A stretch of DNA of 64,000 nucleotides from Nitrospirota bacterium (lineage in GTDB: Bacteria; Nitrospirota; JACRHL01): the NCBI GenBank assembly GCA_016212085.1, contig JACRHL010000011.1, positions 64,161-128,160 on the forward strand, in the 5' to 3' direction. Below are positions 1 to 9,144 of this stretch, piece by piece. Each line of letters begins with the position of its first letter. The stretch's first letter is position 1. The position numbers and the translations under genes are program-made. Below the pieces are notes generated by a model. That model worked only from the letters and a program-made list of their open reading frames with translations. It was not told the DNA's origin and searched no databases.

Positions 1-348
1 GGCGCGCAGGGTGGTGTCGTCGTACCAGGTGTCCACCACCAGGGGGCGCCAGGGGAGCCGGGCCACCCAGCGGTGGGCGGCGGTGGGCGCCGGCATGGGG
101 GCGAACGCCTCCTCCAGGATGCCGGTGAGCACCCGGCGGTGGCGGTTGCTCTCGATGTACTGGGCGGCGGCGGGCAGGTGGCCGCGGGCCCGCTGGGGCA
201 CCGTGACCTTGGCCTCCAGCCGGGTGCACAGGGCGGCGGGGGTGGTGGGGATCGGCGCGTCCGCCGGGAACAGCCCCGGCCCCAGATAGGGGACGACCAG
301 CCCTTCCGCCAGTTGCTCCGCCAGGGAGTCGATGGTTGCGTTGTTCAT
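1..348 (-). CDS. SIR2-like domain protein, nif-associated (3' end runs off the window)
   Basis: Not in the ORF track; translated by hand from ATG at 348 (GGAAGG RBS): MNNATIDSLAEQLAEGLVVPYLGPG...AAQYIESNRHRR...PLVVDTWYDDT. VVPYLGPG and VDTWYD resemble SIR2_2-family motifs; lies directly after the DegT-like gene. Confidence 0.7.
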   Translation of the reverse strand, partial: MNNATIDSLAEQLAEGLVVPYLGPGLFPADAPIPTTPAALCTRLEAKVTVPQRARGHLPAAAQYIESNRHRRVLTGILEEAFAPMPAPTAAHRWVARLPWRPLVVDTWYDDTTLRA

Positions 349-362
349 GCTGCCTTCCATGC

Positions 363-1505
363 CTACAGGTAGATGCTGGCCCCGGCCCCCACGTTGACCG
401 AGGCGTCCTTGAGGGTGTCCACCACGAACGCCACGTCGTCGGCGGAGAGTCTGGCGTGGAACGGCAGGGCCAGGGCCCGGTCGCCGTTCTTCTCGGCGAT
501 GGGGCACGTGCCCCGGGCGCCGCCCTGCGCCGCGTGGAACGGCTCCAGGTGCGCGGGGTGGCAGAACGGGGCCGCCTCCACCGCCTGGCCCGCCAGGTCC
601 TCGATGATGGCGTCGCGGGCGCCCTTGCCGAAGCGGGTGCCCAGGTGCACCACGTACAGGAACCAGTGCACGGCGGTCACGTCCGGCGCGGTGTAGGGGT
701 CCTTGATGCCCTCGAAGGACTTCATCTTCTCGTGGTAGGTGCGGGCCACCTGGCGGCGCCGGCCCAGGATCTCCCCCAGCCGCCCCAGTTGCACCAGCGC
801 CAGGGCGCAGGCCAGGTCGTTGGGCACCGCCCCGACGGACGGCACCTCGGCCATGCGGCGGCCGCCCCGGCCGCTGCGCAGGTCGCGCAGGGCGCGGGCG
901 CGGGCGGCGTCGTCCAGCACCACCAGCGCCGCGCCGCCGGTGGCGAACGGGCCGGGGCCGCCAAGGTCGAAGATGGCCACGTCGCCAAAGGAGCCCACGG
1001 GCCGCCCCTTGTAGGTGGAGCCCACCGCCTCGGTGGAGTCCTCGATCAGCAGCAGGCCGTGCCGGTCCGCCAACGCGCGCAGGCCGTCCCAGTCGGCGGG
1101 GTGGCCGTTGGTGTTGGCGGCCACGATGGCGCGGGTGCGGGGGGTGATGCGCTGGGCCAGCTTGGCCGGGTCCAGGGTGCAGCGCCAGTAGTCGATCTCG
1201 CCGAACACGGCGGTCGCCCCCGCCAGGGGCACCGCGTCGGAGATGCGGTGCCAGGTGAAGGGCGAGACGATCACCTCGTCGCCGGCGCCGATGCCCCAGG
1301 CCATCAGGGTCAGCCACAGCCCCACGGTGCCGCCGCTCACCCCCACCGCGTGGACGCGGCCGGTGGCGGTGGCGAACGCCGCCTCGAACGGCAACAACAC
1401 GGCGCCGCCGCCGAACCGGGCCGACGTGGCCAGCCGGGCGAGGGTGTCGGTCTCCGCGTCGCCCAGGTCGGGCCAGGAAAGGGGGATCAGGGTGTCGCGG
1501 TTCAT
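363..1505 (-). CDS. DegT/DnrJ/EryC1/StrS-family aminotransferase-like protein (nif-associated)
   Basis: GIGAGDEVIVSPFTW, RITPRTRAI, LLLIEDSTEAVGS, HWFLYVV, LALPFH motifs; start moved to ATG 1505 (MNRDTL), which has a GAGGA RBS inside the nifT 3' end. Confidence 0.88.
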   Translation of the reverse strand: MNRDTLIPLSWPDLGDAETDTLARLATSARFGGGAVLLPFEAAFATATGRVHAVGVSGGTVGLWLTLMAWGIGAGDEVIVSPFTWHRISDAVPLAGATAVFGEIDYWRCTLDPAKLAQRITPRTRAIVAANTNGHPADWDGLRALADRHGLLLIEDSTEAVGSTYKGRPVGSFGDVAIFDLGGPGPFATGGAALVVLDDAARARALRDLRSGRGGRRMAEVPSVGAVPNDLACALALVQLGRLGEILGRRRQVARTYHEKMKSFEGIKDPYTAPDVTAVHWFLYVVHLGTRFGKGARDAIIEDLAGQAVEAAPFCHPAHLEPFHAAQGGARGTCPIAEKNGDRALALPFHARLSADDVAFVVDTLKDASVNVGAGASIYL

Positions 1506-1507
1506 GC

Positions 1508-1723
1508 TCAGTCCTCCTCGCGGATGCGGCGGGCCTCCACGGTGATGGGCAGGTCGGGCGGGGTGTCCATCTCGGGAAGCTGGAGGCGCCAGCCGTTGGC
1601 CAGGGTGACGGTGCCGCCCCACATCCCCTCGCGCTCCATGTCCACCACCGGTTCCTCCAGGTCCTTCTTGGCCACGTAGGCGGTGAGGCGCCCGGCGGTG
1701 TCCTTCCGAATCATCACTTTCAC
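1508..1723 (-). CDS. nifT: nitrogen fixation protein NifT/FixU
   Basis: 71 aa, MKVMIRK...AYVAKKDLEEPVV...WGGTVTLANGW...LPITVEA. Confidence 0.93.
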   Translation of the reverse strand: MKVMIRKDTAGRLTAYVAKKDLEEPVVDMEREGMWGGTVTLANGWRLQLPEMDTPPDLPITVEARRIREED

Positions 1724-1744
1724 GTCGTACCTCGTTTCATCCGG

Positions 1745-2893
1745 TCAAAGGGCGCATGCGGCGGCGGGGATGCCGACCGCCTCGGGCAGCCGGTCCAGCA
1801 CCGCCTCGATGTCCGCCAGGGTGGTGTAGCGGCTCAGGGAGAAGCGCAGGGATGCGCCGGCCCGCCTCGCGTCCAGCCCCATGGCGGTGAGCACGTGGGA
1901 CGGCTCGCCGCCCCCCGCGGAACAGGCGGACCCGGCGGACACGGCGACGCCCGCCCGGTCCAGGCGCATCAGCACCGCCTCGCCGTCCTGCCCGTCGAAG
2001 CACAGGTTGCTGGTGGTGGGCACGCGGGCGATGCGGTGGCCGTTCACCCGCACCCACGGCAGCGCCCGGGTGACGCCCGCCTCCAGGTGATCGCGCAGCG
2101 TGCGCACGCGGCCCGCCACGTCCGGCAGCGTGTCCGCCGCCAGGCGGCAGGCCTCGCCAAGGCCGACGATGGCGGGCACGTTCTCGGTGCCGCCGCGGCG
2201 GCGGCGTTCCTGGTGGCCGAACAGCAGGGGCGGCAGCGGGACGCCGCGCTTCACGTACAGCGCGCCGATGCCCTTGGGGCCGTGCAGCTTGTGGGCCGAG
2301 AGCGACAGGAAATCGGGCCGGATCTTCTGCACACCCACCGGCAGCCTGCCCGCCGCCTGCACGGCGTCCGTGTGGAACAGGGCCCCCGCGCGCTCGGCGA
2401 GGGAGGCGGCCAGGCCCACCGGCAGCACCACGCCGGTCTCGTTGTTGGCCCACATGACCGACACCAGGGCGGTGTCGCGGTCGATGGCCTCCGCCAGCCG
2501 ATCGAAGCGGAGGGTGCCGTCCGCCTCCACCGGCAGGCGCACCACCTCGTAGCCCTGGCGCTCCAGGTGGTCGAACAGCAGCATGCTGGCGGGGTGCTCC
2601 ACCCGGGTGGTGACGATGCGGCGCCGCCCGGCCCTGATGGCCAGGGCCCCCAGCACGGCCGTGTGGTTGGCCTCGGTGGCGCTGCCCGTGAACACGATCT
2701 CGGCGGGCGCGGCGCCCAGGAAATCGGCCACCTGCCCGCGGGCGATTCCCACCGCCCGCCTGGCCGGTTCGCCCAGCCGGTGCGGGCTGGACGGATTGCC
2801 ATAAACCTCCGTCAGGAACGGCAGCATGGCCTCCAGCACCTCGGGCGCCACGCGGGTGGTGGCGGCGTTGTCCAGGTAAACGGGGTTCATCAT
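1745..2893 (-). CDS. nifS: cysteine desulfurase NifS/IscS
   Basis: VYLDNAATT, YGNPSS, MWANNETG, HTDAVQ, SAHKLHGPKG (PLP Lys), SAGSAC (catalytic Cys); ATGA overlap with the upstream gene's stop. Confidence 0.93.
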   Translation of the reverse strand: MMNPVYLDNAATTRVAPEVLEAMLPFLTEVYGNPSSPHRLGEPARRAVGIARGQVADFLGAAPAEIVFTGSATEANHTAVLGALAIRAGRRRIVTTRVEHPASMLLFDHLERQGYEVVRLPVEADGTLRFDRLAEAIDRDTALVSVMWANNETGVVLPVGLAASLAERAGALFHTDAVQAAGRLPVGVQKIRPDFLSLSAHKLHGPKGIGALYVKRGVPLPPLLFGHQERRRRGGTENVPAIVGLGEACRLAADTLPDVAGRVRTLRDHLEAGVTRALPWVRVNGHRIARVPTTSNLCFDGQDGEAVLMRLDRAGVAVSAGSACSAGGGEPSHVLTAMGLDARRAGASLRFSLSRYTTLADIEAVLDRLPEAVGIPAAACAL

Positions 2894-3651
2894 GGGCCGG
2901 GCACCTCCGCATTGTCGTAAAGCCGCGCCAACGCCTTTTCCTGCACCATGTGGTCGGGGTCGTTCACCAGTTCGAACACGTGTTGCCGGGGCGCCCGGCG
3001 GGCCACCTCGTAGCGCACCCGCCAGTCCGCGTCGTCCCGGTAGGGGCCCAGGGCGTCGGCGGGAAGGCGCTGTACCGCCTCGGCGCGCACGTCGCCGTCC
3101 GCGTCCGCAGCGAGCAGCGGCAGCAGGTCCACGCCGATCCGCCCCGCCACCGCCCTGCGCACCTCCCGCTCCGGGTCGAGGATCATCGCCCTCAGGTGAT
3201 CGGGGCGGATGCGGCGGGCGACCACCAGGCGCACGTAGTAGTCCGGGTCGTGGGCCATGGCGTGCAGCCGTTCTGGCGCCAGGCGGTGGGCGACGCGGAT
3301 GCGCACCTCCCGGTCCGGGTCGTGCTGGAGGTATGCCAGGTGGCACTCCGGCAGCCGGTCGGCGGCGGCGCGGCGCACGGTACCGTCCAGGTCGTGCACC
3401 AGGGGCGGCAGGTGGAGGGGGTCCGCGAGGCGCGCGGCAATCGCCCGCACCTCGAAGAACGGGTGCCTCAGGTAGCCGGCCGCCAGGTCGCGGTTCTGGC
3501 GGAAGAAGCGGTCGATGCGCTTGGCATAGCCGTCGTGCACGCAGGCGTCGCCGGGCATACAGGTGCCCCCGCGCAGCCGGTCCTGGTGGGGGCAGTCGGC
3601 GCAGATCACCGGCTCGCCGGTCCAGGTCACGATGGGAAACCGCTCACTCAT
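2890..3651 (-). CDS. 4Fe-4S-binding leucine-rich-repeat variant (LRV) protein
   Basis: C-terminal part of the 1018-aa ORF, from ATG 3651: CADC-x9-C-x5-C followed by ~24-aa repeats (DPDREVRIRVAHRL, DPDYYVRLVVARRI, DADWRVRYEVARR). Confidence 0.88.
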   Translation of the reverse strand: MSERFPIVTWTGEPVICADCPHQDRLRGGTCMPGDACVHDGYAKRIDRFFRQNRDLAAGYLRHPFFEVRAIAARLADPLHLPPLVHDLDGTVRRAAADRLPECHLAYLQHDPDREVRIRVAHRLAPERLHAMAHDPDYYVRLVVARRIRPDHLRAMILDPEREVRRAVAGRIGVDLLPLLAADADGDVRAEAVQRLPADALGPYRDDADWRVRYEVARRAPRQHVFELVNDPDHMVQEKALARLYDNAEVPGP

Positions 3652-4028
3652 CCCTGTCCCCTGTTTCCACAGGTGGCGGCGGGCGGCGGCGTGAAGCCCT
3701 CCACCGCGAACGAGCTGCCGCAGCCGCAGGATCCCGCGGCGTTCGGATTGGTGAAGGTGAGTCCCGAGCTGGCCAGGGTGTCGACGAAGTCGATCACCAG
3801 GCCGTCGAGGTACGGCACGCTTTCCGGGGGCACGCACAGGGTCAGGCCGGCGGCCTGCACCACCGTGTCGCCCTGGACCGGCGTGCCCTCGACGGTGAAG
3901 TCGTAGCTCAGGCCCGCGCAGCCGCCCGGCGCCACCGCCAGCCGGAAGGCGGCGTTCGCGTCGCCGCCGCCAAAGCGGACCATGCGCCGCATGAATTTGG
4001 CGGCGCCCTCGGTGATCGTCAGTTTCAT
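3648..4028 (-). CDS. iscA: HesB/IscA-family Fe-S cluster carrier (IscA-nif)
   Basis: GGCAGLSY and NPNAAGSCGCGSSF motifs. Confidence 0.92.
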   Translation of the reverse strand: MKLTITEGAAKFMRRMVRFGGGDANAAFRLAVAPGGCAGLSYDFTVEGTPVQGDTVVQAAGLTLCVPPESVPYLDGLVIDFVDTLASSGLTFTNPNAAGSCGCGSSFAVEGFTPPPAATCGNRGQG

Positions 4029-4052
4029 GTGTTCCTCCTGGTCTGGTTTTTT

Positions 4053-5576
4053 CTATTCCGATGCCTTCGTGCCCACCAGGGCGCCGGAGCGGATCTCCGC
4101 GTCGCCGCGCGCCAGGTGCTGGATCTCGCCCGCCGCCACCCGGCTCGCGTAGTCGCGGAAGTAGGCGATCAGCCCCTTCTGGATGGACTCGTGGGCGAAC
4201 CGGTCCACCGGATCGATGCCCGCCCGGGTCAGCTCGCCCTTGGGGCATTCCCCGATGCGGGAGACGAACACGGCCGTACAGTCGCCGATGGCGCGGATCA
4301 CCGTTTCCAGGGTGTCCTCCTCGCCGTGGCCGCCCTGGCAGTACATGTCGACCCGGCGGTGGCCGACGAACTTGGCGCCGTCGCGGCTGACCTCGTAGAT
4401 CTGGAACTCGCGGGCGTGGCCGAAGTGCTCGTTGATGAGCCCCTCGCCCTTGGTGGCCACGGCGGCCAAAATGGATAGGGTGCCCGCCATCTCGGTGGTC
4501 ATCGCCTGGAGGGCGGCCAGCTCGTTTTCCTGCCCGGCGAACAGGGCGGCGCGCTGGGCCTCCACCATCTGTTGGTAGGCCTGGCGCTTCTCCAGGTCGT
4601 AGTTGACCTGCATCCGCTCGATCTTCTCCAGGGTGAACTCGTCGCTGCGGTCCTCCCCCAGCAGGCCCACGGCGTCGGCGCGGCACTGGCGGCAGTGGCG
4701 CATCATGTTCATCTCCCCCTCCTCGCACTGGTCCTGCAGGGCCTTCAGCTCCCTGGCGGTGGGGCCGCGCTGGCCGGTGAGGCCGTAGTGGGTGCCGTGC
4801 TCCGGGCTGGAGATGAGGGGCATGATGTTGTGCAAAAAGGCGCCGTTGCCCTTGACCACCCGGTTCACCTCCACTAGGTGCCGGTCGTTGACGCCGGGGA
4901 TCATGACCGAGTTGACCTTCACCAGGATGCCCCGCTCCACCAGCATCCCGAGGCCCTTCTGCTGCTGCGCGGAGAGGATGGCGGCGGCCTCCTCGCCGTG
5001 GCGGCGCTTGTTGTCCCAGAAGATCCAGGGGTAGATCTGGGCGCCCACCCTCGGGTCCACGTGGTTGATGGTGATGGTCACGTGGTCCACCCTGTAGGCG
5101 GCGATGGTGTCCACGAACTCCGGCAGGCGCAGGCCGTTGGTGGACAGGCACAGCTTGATGTCCGGCGCCTCGCGCTGGATCATCGCGAAGGTCCGGAAGG
5201 TCTTTTCCGGGTTGGCCAGGGCGTCGCCGGGGCCGGCGATGCCGAGCACGGTCATCTGCGGGATCTCGCTGGCCACCGCCAGCACCTTCCTGGATGCCTG
5301 CTCCGGGGTGAGCTTCTCGCTCACCACGCCGGGGCGGCTCTCGTTGGCGCAGTCGTACTTGCGGTTGCAGTAGTGGCACTGGATGTTGCAGGCGGGGGCC
5401 ACCGCCACGTGCATGCGGGCGTAGTGGTGGTGGGCCTCCTCGCTGTAGCACGGGTGATTTTTGACCTTCTCCCAGGTGGCGGGGTCCATGTCGGCGGGGC
5501 CCTTGGACGAGCCGCAGCTTCCCGATACCTCGCAGCCGCCGCCCTGGGGGGCGGTATTCAGCATGGGCAGTTCCAT
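4053..5576 (-). CDS. nifB: FeMo-cofactor biosynthesis radical SAM protein NifB with C-terminal NifX-like domain
   Basis: [37 protein letters not shown]; C-terminal [11 protein letters not shown] domain. Confidence 0.98.
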   Translation of the reverse strand: MELPMLNTAPQGGGCEVSGSCGSSKGPADMDPATWEKVKNHPCYSEEAHHHYARMHVAVAPACNIQCHYCNRKYDCANESRPGVVSEKLTPEQASRKVLAVASEIPQMTVLGIAGPGDALANPEKTFRTFAMIQREAPDIKLCLSTNGLRLPEFVDTIAAYRVDHVTITINHVDPRVGAQIYPWIFWDNKRRHGEEAAAILSAQQQKGLGMLVERGILVKVNSVMIPGVNDRHLVEVNRVVKGNGAFLHNIMPLISSPEHGTHYGLTGQRGPTARELKALQDQCEEGEMNMMRHCRQCRADAVGLLGEDRSDEFTLEKIERMQVNYDLEKRQAYQQMVEAQRAALFAGQENELAALQAMTTEMAGTLSILAAVATKGEGLINEHFGHAREFQIYEVSRDGAKFVGHRRVDMYCQGGHGEEDTLETVIRAIGDCTAVFVSRIGECPKGELTRAGIDPVDRFAHESIQKGLIAYFRDYASRVAAGEIQHLARGDAEIRSGALVGTKASE

Positions 5577-5585
5577 GTGGTTCTC

Positions 5586-5906
5586 CTATTGCTTGCCGGT
5601 GAGGGTGGCGATGCTGATCACGCCGGGCACGGGGTTCTGGAACACCTTGAACAGGCGCTCGTCGTGGGCGGTGCGCTCCAGGAAGGTGGCGTAGGCGCGC
5701 GCCAGGGCGTCGCGGTAGCGCCGGTAGCGCTCGTCGGTGGCAAGGCCCCCCGGCCCCGCGTCGATCTCGTTCTTGAGCAGGGCGAATTTTTTCAGGATGT
5801 GCAGGCGGTTCACCCGCACCACCTGGGGGTCGTAATCCAGCTCGAACAGGGCGAAGAAATCCTCCGCGTCGATGGCGTGGTCCAGTTTGTCCAGCGTGGC
5901 GTTCAT
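5586..5906 (-). CDS. nifW: nitrogenase-stabilising protein NifW
   Basis: AEDFFALFELDYDPQVVRVNRLHILKKF...AYATF...LFKVF. Confidence 0.93.
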   Translation of the reverse strand: MNATLDKLDHAIDAEDFFALFELDYDPQVVRVNRLHILKKFALLKNEIDAGPGGLATDERYRRYRDALARAYATFLERTAHDERLFKVFQNPVPGVISIATLTGKQ

Positions 5907-5923
5907 CGGTTCGGTCCTTTCCG

Positions 5924-7252
5924 TTAGGAGTCATCCCCCGGCACACTTCCCGGAACCGGTTCCGGGCGGTGCGCGAGCAGGAGGTTGGCGGCGTCGAAGA
6001 TGAGGCGGGTGGCGCCCCGGTACCCCACGTTGAGCTGGTGGGCGGCGCCCAGCCGGTCGAAGTTGGGAATCCCCATCCGCATGAGCGGGATATCCAGCCG
6101 TTGCGCGGCCTGGCGGCCGTGGGAGTGGGTCACCAGCAGGTCGCACCCCCGTGCGGCGGCCTCCAGGTCCTCCAGGTCGCCGACGATCACCGTGTCCGCT
6201 GGGAGGGTTTCCAGGTTGGGCGCGGTGGCGGGGGCGACCGCGCAGGCCACGGTGGCGCCCATGCCCGTGAACAGGTCGGCCAGCGCCGCCAGCAGGTCGG
6301 CCTCGGCGCCGATGGCGATCCTGCGGCCGGCAAAATGGAAGTGGCCGTCCAGCATGGCGTCCTCCAGGCGGCTGCGCTGGCGGCGGACCTTGAGGGGCAC
6401 GTCCTCCATGCTGATCTCGTGCAGGAGCGCCACCAGGCGGTCCACCTCCTCCAGGCCCGAGAGGTGGTCGAACACCGTGTACGGCACGCCGTTGCGCTGG
6501 CACAGCACGTCCGCCGCGGGCTGCATGCTGCGCCCCACGGCGATGGTGTGCTCCGCGCTTCCCATGGCGCGGATGCGGGCCAGGGGGGTACCGCCCAGGG
6601 TGGTGGGCGAGAAGGTGTCCGGCACGTGGCCGTCCAGGGAGCCGGACAGGTCGGGCAGGATGGTGGGCACCAGGCCGAACGCCTCGATCAGCTCCCGGAT
6701 CTCCTCCACGTCTGCGGGGGTGAGGGAGGCGCCCGCCAGCACGTTCACGCGGCCCGACAGGAGGGCGGATTCCCCCTCCGCCAGCTCGCGCACCAGGGCG
6801 GTCACGGCCTTGCCGAAACCGTCCTGGAGCGAGCCGGAAAAATCGGGGGTGGCCACGGGCACGATGGCCACGTGGTTCATCTCCGGGTGCTTCCCGCGGA
6901 ACAGGCGGATCACCCCCTCGATGTCCTCGCCCTTGGTTTCCGTGAGGCCCGTGGTGGCCAGGCCGATGATCCGGGGGCGGGCCTTCTCGTAAATGGTCAG
7001 CAACGCCTGCTCGATGCTTTCCTCGCCGCCCAGGATGGTGGTCACCTCGTTCATGGCGGTGGTCTGCATGGGGATGCTCTCGCGGAAGTGGCGCACGAAC
7101 AGCACCAGCCCGAACGACGTGCAGCCCTGCGAGCCGTGCAGCACCGGCAGGCACTGGTCGAGCCCCAGGAACGCCAGGGCCGCGCCGATGGGCTGGCTCA
7201 TCTTGAGCGGGTTGACGGTGCAGGCCTTGCGGGGTTTGGTGATGAGGGTCAT
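5924..7252 (-). CDS. nifN: nitrogenase FeMo-cofactor scaffold subunit NifN
   Basis: VNPLKMSQPIGAALAFLG, HGSQGCTSF, RHFRESIPMQTTAM, DAMLDGHF. Confidence 0.97.
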   Translation of the reverse strand: MTLITKPRKACTVNPLKMSQPIGAALAFLGLDQCLPVLHGSQGCTSFGLVLFVRHFRESIPMQTTAMNEVTTILGGEESIEQALLTIYEKARPRIIGLATTGLTETKGEDIEGVIRLFRGKHPEMNHVAIVPVATPDFSGSLQDGFGKAVTALVRELAEGESALLSGRVNVLAGASLTPADVEEIRELIEAFGLVPTILPDLSGSLDGHVPDTFSPTTLGGTPLARIRAMGSAEHTIAVGRSMQPAADVLCQRNGVPYTVFDHLSGLEEVDRLVALLHEISMEDVPLKVRRQRSRLEDAMLDGHFHFAGRRIAIGAEADLLAALADLFTGMGATVACAVAPATAPNLETLPADTVIVGDLEDLEAAARGCDLLVTHSHGRQAAQRLDIPLMRMGIPNFDRLGAAHQLNVGYRGATRLIFDAANLLLAHRPEPVPGSVPGDDS

Positions 7253-7261
7253 GGCGCCCCC

Positions 7262-8665
7262 CTATGCCGTCACGGTGGGCGCCGCGGCCGGTGCCACATG
7301 CCAGGGCGCGGGCTTCCTGAGGCGCGCCCAGACGGGGTTGTGGATGGCCTTGTCGATCCGGTCCACCAGGTTCACCATGCCGTCGTACCCCGCATAGGCG
7401 TGGTGGCGCTCCTGGTTGATGTCGAGGAACGGCACCTTGGCCTTCAGGGCCACGAACTGGGAGCGGCCGCCGGCCATGAGGATGTCGGCCTTGGCCTCGG
7501 CGAGCATGGCGTACATCTCGCGCGGGGTGATGGACTCGATCATGTGGGCGTCCTGCCCCATCAGCTCGACGATGCGGTGCTTGTCCTCCTGGGTGCTCTT
7601 CTTGACGCTGGTGCCCACCACCTCCATGCCCACCTCCTGGAGGGCGGACACCACGGACCAGCTCTTCACGCCGCCGGTGATGAGCAGCACGCGCTTGCCC
7701 GCCAGGCGCTCGCGGTAGGGCAGCAGGCGCTCCCAGGCGACGGCCTCCTGCTCGGCGATCAGGGCTTCCGTGCGGTCGAGCAATGCGGCGTGGGCACCCT
7801 GGCGGACCAGCAGCCCGGCGATCTGGCGCAGGGCGTCCGACATGTCGGAGATGCCGTAGAAGGAGCCCTCGAAGAACGGGATGCCGTAGCGCTCCTCCAT
7901 CTTGCGGGCGATGTTGATCATCGCCTTGGAGCACACCATCATGCTGGCCCTGGCCCGGTGCGACCAGGCCACCTCGCGGTAGCGCGCGTCGCCGGAGATG
8001 CAGGCGAGCAGGCGGATGCCCAGCCGGTCGAGGAGCGGCGTCACCTGCCACAGCTCGCCGGAGAGGTTGTACTCGCCGATGATGTTGATGTCGTGATCGG
8101 TGAGGTAGTCCGGCTCCTGGGTGCCGATCACGTGGTCCAGCAAGGCCTCCGCCGCCAGCTTGTTGCCCAGGTTCTTGCCCCCCACGAAGCCGGGGGCGTT
8201 GACCGGGATGACCGGCTTGCCGAACTGCTCCCTGGCGGCCTTGCACACCGCCTCCACGTCGTCGCCGGTGAGGGCGGGCACGCAGGTCTGGTAGACGAAC
8301 ACGGCGGGCGGGTCGTACTTGTCGAGGATCTCCCGGATCGCCCGGAACAGGCGTTTCTCGCCCCCCATGATGACGTCCTGCTCGTCCAGGTCGGTGGTGA
8401 AGCCGGTGCGGTAGAGCAGGGGGCCGGACGATGCGGCGCCGCGGTTGTCCCACGAGTTGCCCTCGCAGGCGATGGGGCCGTGCACCAGGTGGGCGGCGTC
8501 GACGATCGGCTGGAGGGCGATCTTGGCGCCGTCGAACGCGCAGCCGCCGGCCGCCGCGCCGGGCTGGGCGGACTTGGTGCAGCCCTTCTTGCGGTCCTTG
8601 TCCGACTTGTTCCGGTTGTGCTCGCAACCCGGTTCGTCGAGGACCTCGGCGACCTTCGTGATCAT
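7262..8665 (-). CDS. nifE: nitrogenase FeMo-cofactor scaffold subunit NifE
   Basis: [50 protein letters not shown]; start set at ATG 8665. Confidence 0.97.
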   Translation of the reverse strand: MITKVAEVLDEPGCEHNRNKSDKDRKKGCTKSAQPGAAAGGCAFDGAKIALQPIVDAAHLVHGPIACEGNSWDNRGAASSGPLLYRTGFTTDLDEQDVIMGGEKRLFRAIREILDKYDPPAVFVYQTCVPALTGDDVEAVCKAAREQFGKPVIPVNAPGFVGGKNLGNKLAAEALLDHVIGTQEPDYLTDHDINIIGEYNLSGELWQVTPLLDRLGIRLLACISGDARYREVAWSHRARASMMVCSKAMINIARKMEERYGIPFFEGSFYGISDMSDALRQIAGLLVRQGAHAALLDRTEALIAEQEAVAWERLLPYRERLAGKRVLLITGGVKSWSVVSALQEVGMEVVGTSVKKSTQEDKHRIVELMGQDAHMIESITPREMYAMLAEAKADILMAGGRSQFVALKAKVPFLDINQERHHAYAGYDGMVNLVDRIDKAIHNPVWARLRKPAPWHVAPAAAPTVTA

Positions 8666-8813
8666 GTGTGCCTTGCCCCAAATAAAAAAGGAGGCCGAAC
8701 GCGCACATCGATGGGTGCGCATCCGGCCTCCAGTCGTCTGGTCAGCCTGTTGTTGCGTTCCGTGGAGACCGGTGCCCCCGGCGGGTCGCGCCGTCTCCTT
8801 GCCCGGAAGCTAC

Positions 8814-8830
8814 AGCATGGATCGTGCCAA
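8814..8830 (-). promoter_or_regulatory. sigma54 (-24/-12) promoter of the nifE operon
   Basis: Minus strand reads TTGGCACGATCCATGCT (consensus TGGCAC-N5-TTGC, one mismatch), ~150 bp upstream of nifE. Confidence 0.8.
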
Positions 8831-8941
8831 CTGTTGCGGACGCGGCGGAAGTCCCCGGATATCATCGGGTTTGGCGCAGGTTGGCAGGCGGTGCCAAGCG
8901 TGCCGTGCGCCGGATACGGAATCGCTCCGGTGGGTTTTGAA

Positions 8942-8970
8942 GGGGATGCGACAAGTTTGTTGCGATCCCC
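8942..8970. promoter_or_regulatory. imperfect palindrome, candidate enhancer (NifA-type upstream activator site)
   Basis: GGGGATGCGACA-AGTT-TGTTGCGATCCCC between the two sigma54 promoters; the minus strand gives TGT-N10-TCA, one base off the NifA TGT-N10-ACA site. Confidence 0.45.
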
Positions 8971-9038
8971 GCCACGGCGGCCGCCCCAACGGCCGCCCGG
9001 TCCCCCGGACGGCCCCGCGCCAGGCGGCGCGGCGGGGG

Positions 9039-9055
9039 CTGGCACGCCGATTGCT
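9039..9055 (+). promoter_or_regulatory. sigma54 (-24/-12) promoter of the divergent gene
   Basis: CTGGCACGCCGATTGCT, a perfect TGGCAC-N5-TTGC match, ~90 bp upstream of ATG 9145. Confidence 0.82.
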
Positions 9056-9144
9056 GCACCGGATCATCGGAGACGGCCGGGCGCCTGGGGACCGCCCCGC
9101 ACGCCAGGACGGCCGGCGGACACACCCCGTATTCAGGTCGACCC

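Noticed and set aside
2890-5946. 1018-aa ORF suggesting a giant nif fusion
   Set aside because: Only the last 253 aa (LRV protein) look real; the rest is an Arg/Gly/Pro-rich alternative frame over nifW, nifB and iscA.
8881-8897. TTGGCAGGCGGTGCCAA palindrome / extra sigma54-like site
   Set aside because: GG-to-GC spacing is not 10 nt; not a valid -24/-12 element, though an operator role is not excluded.
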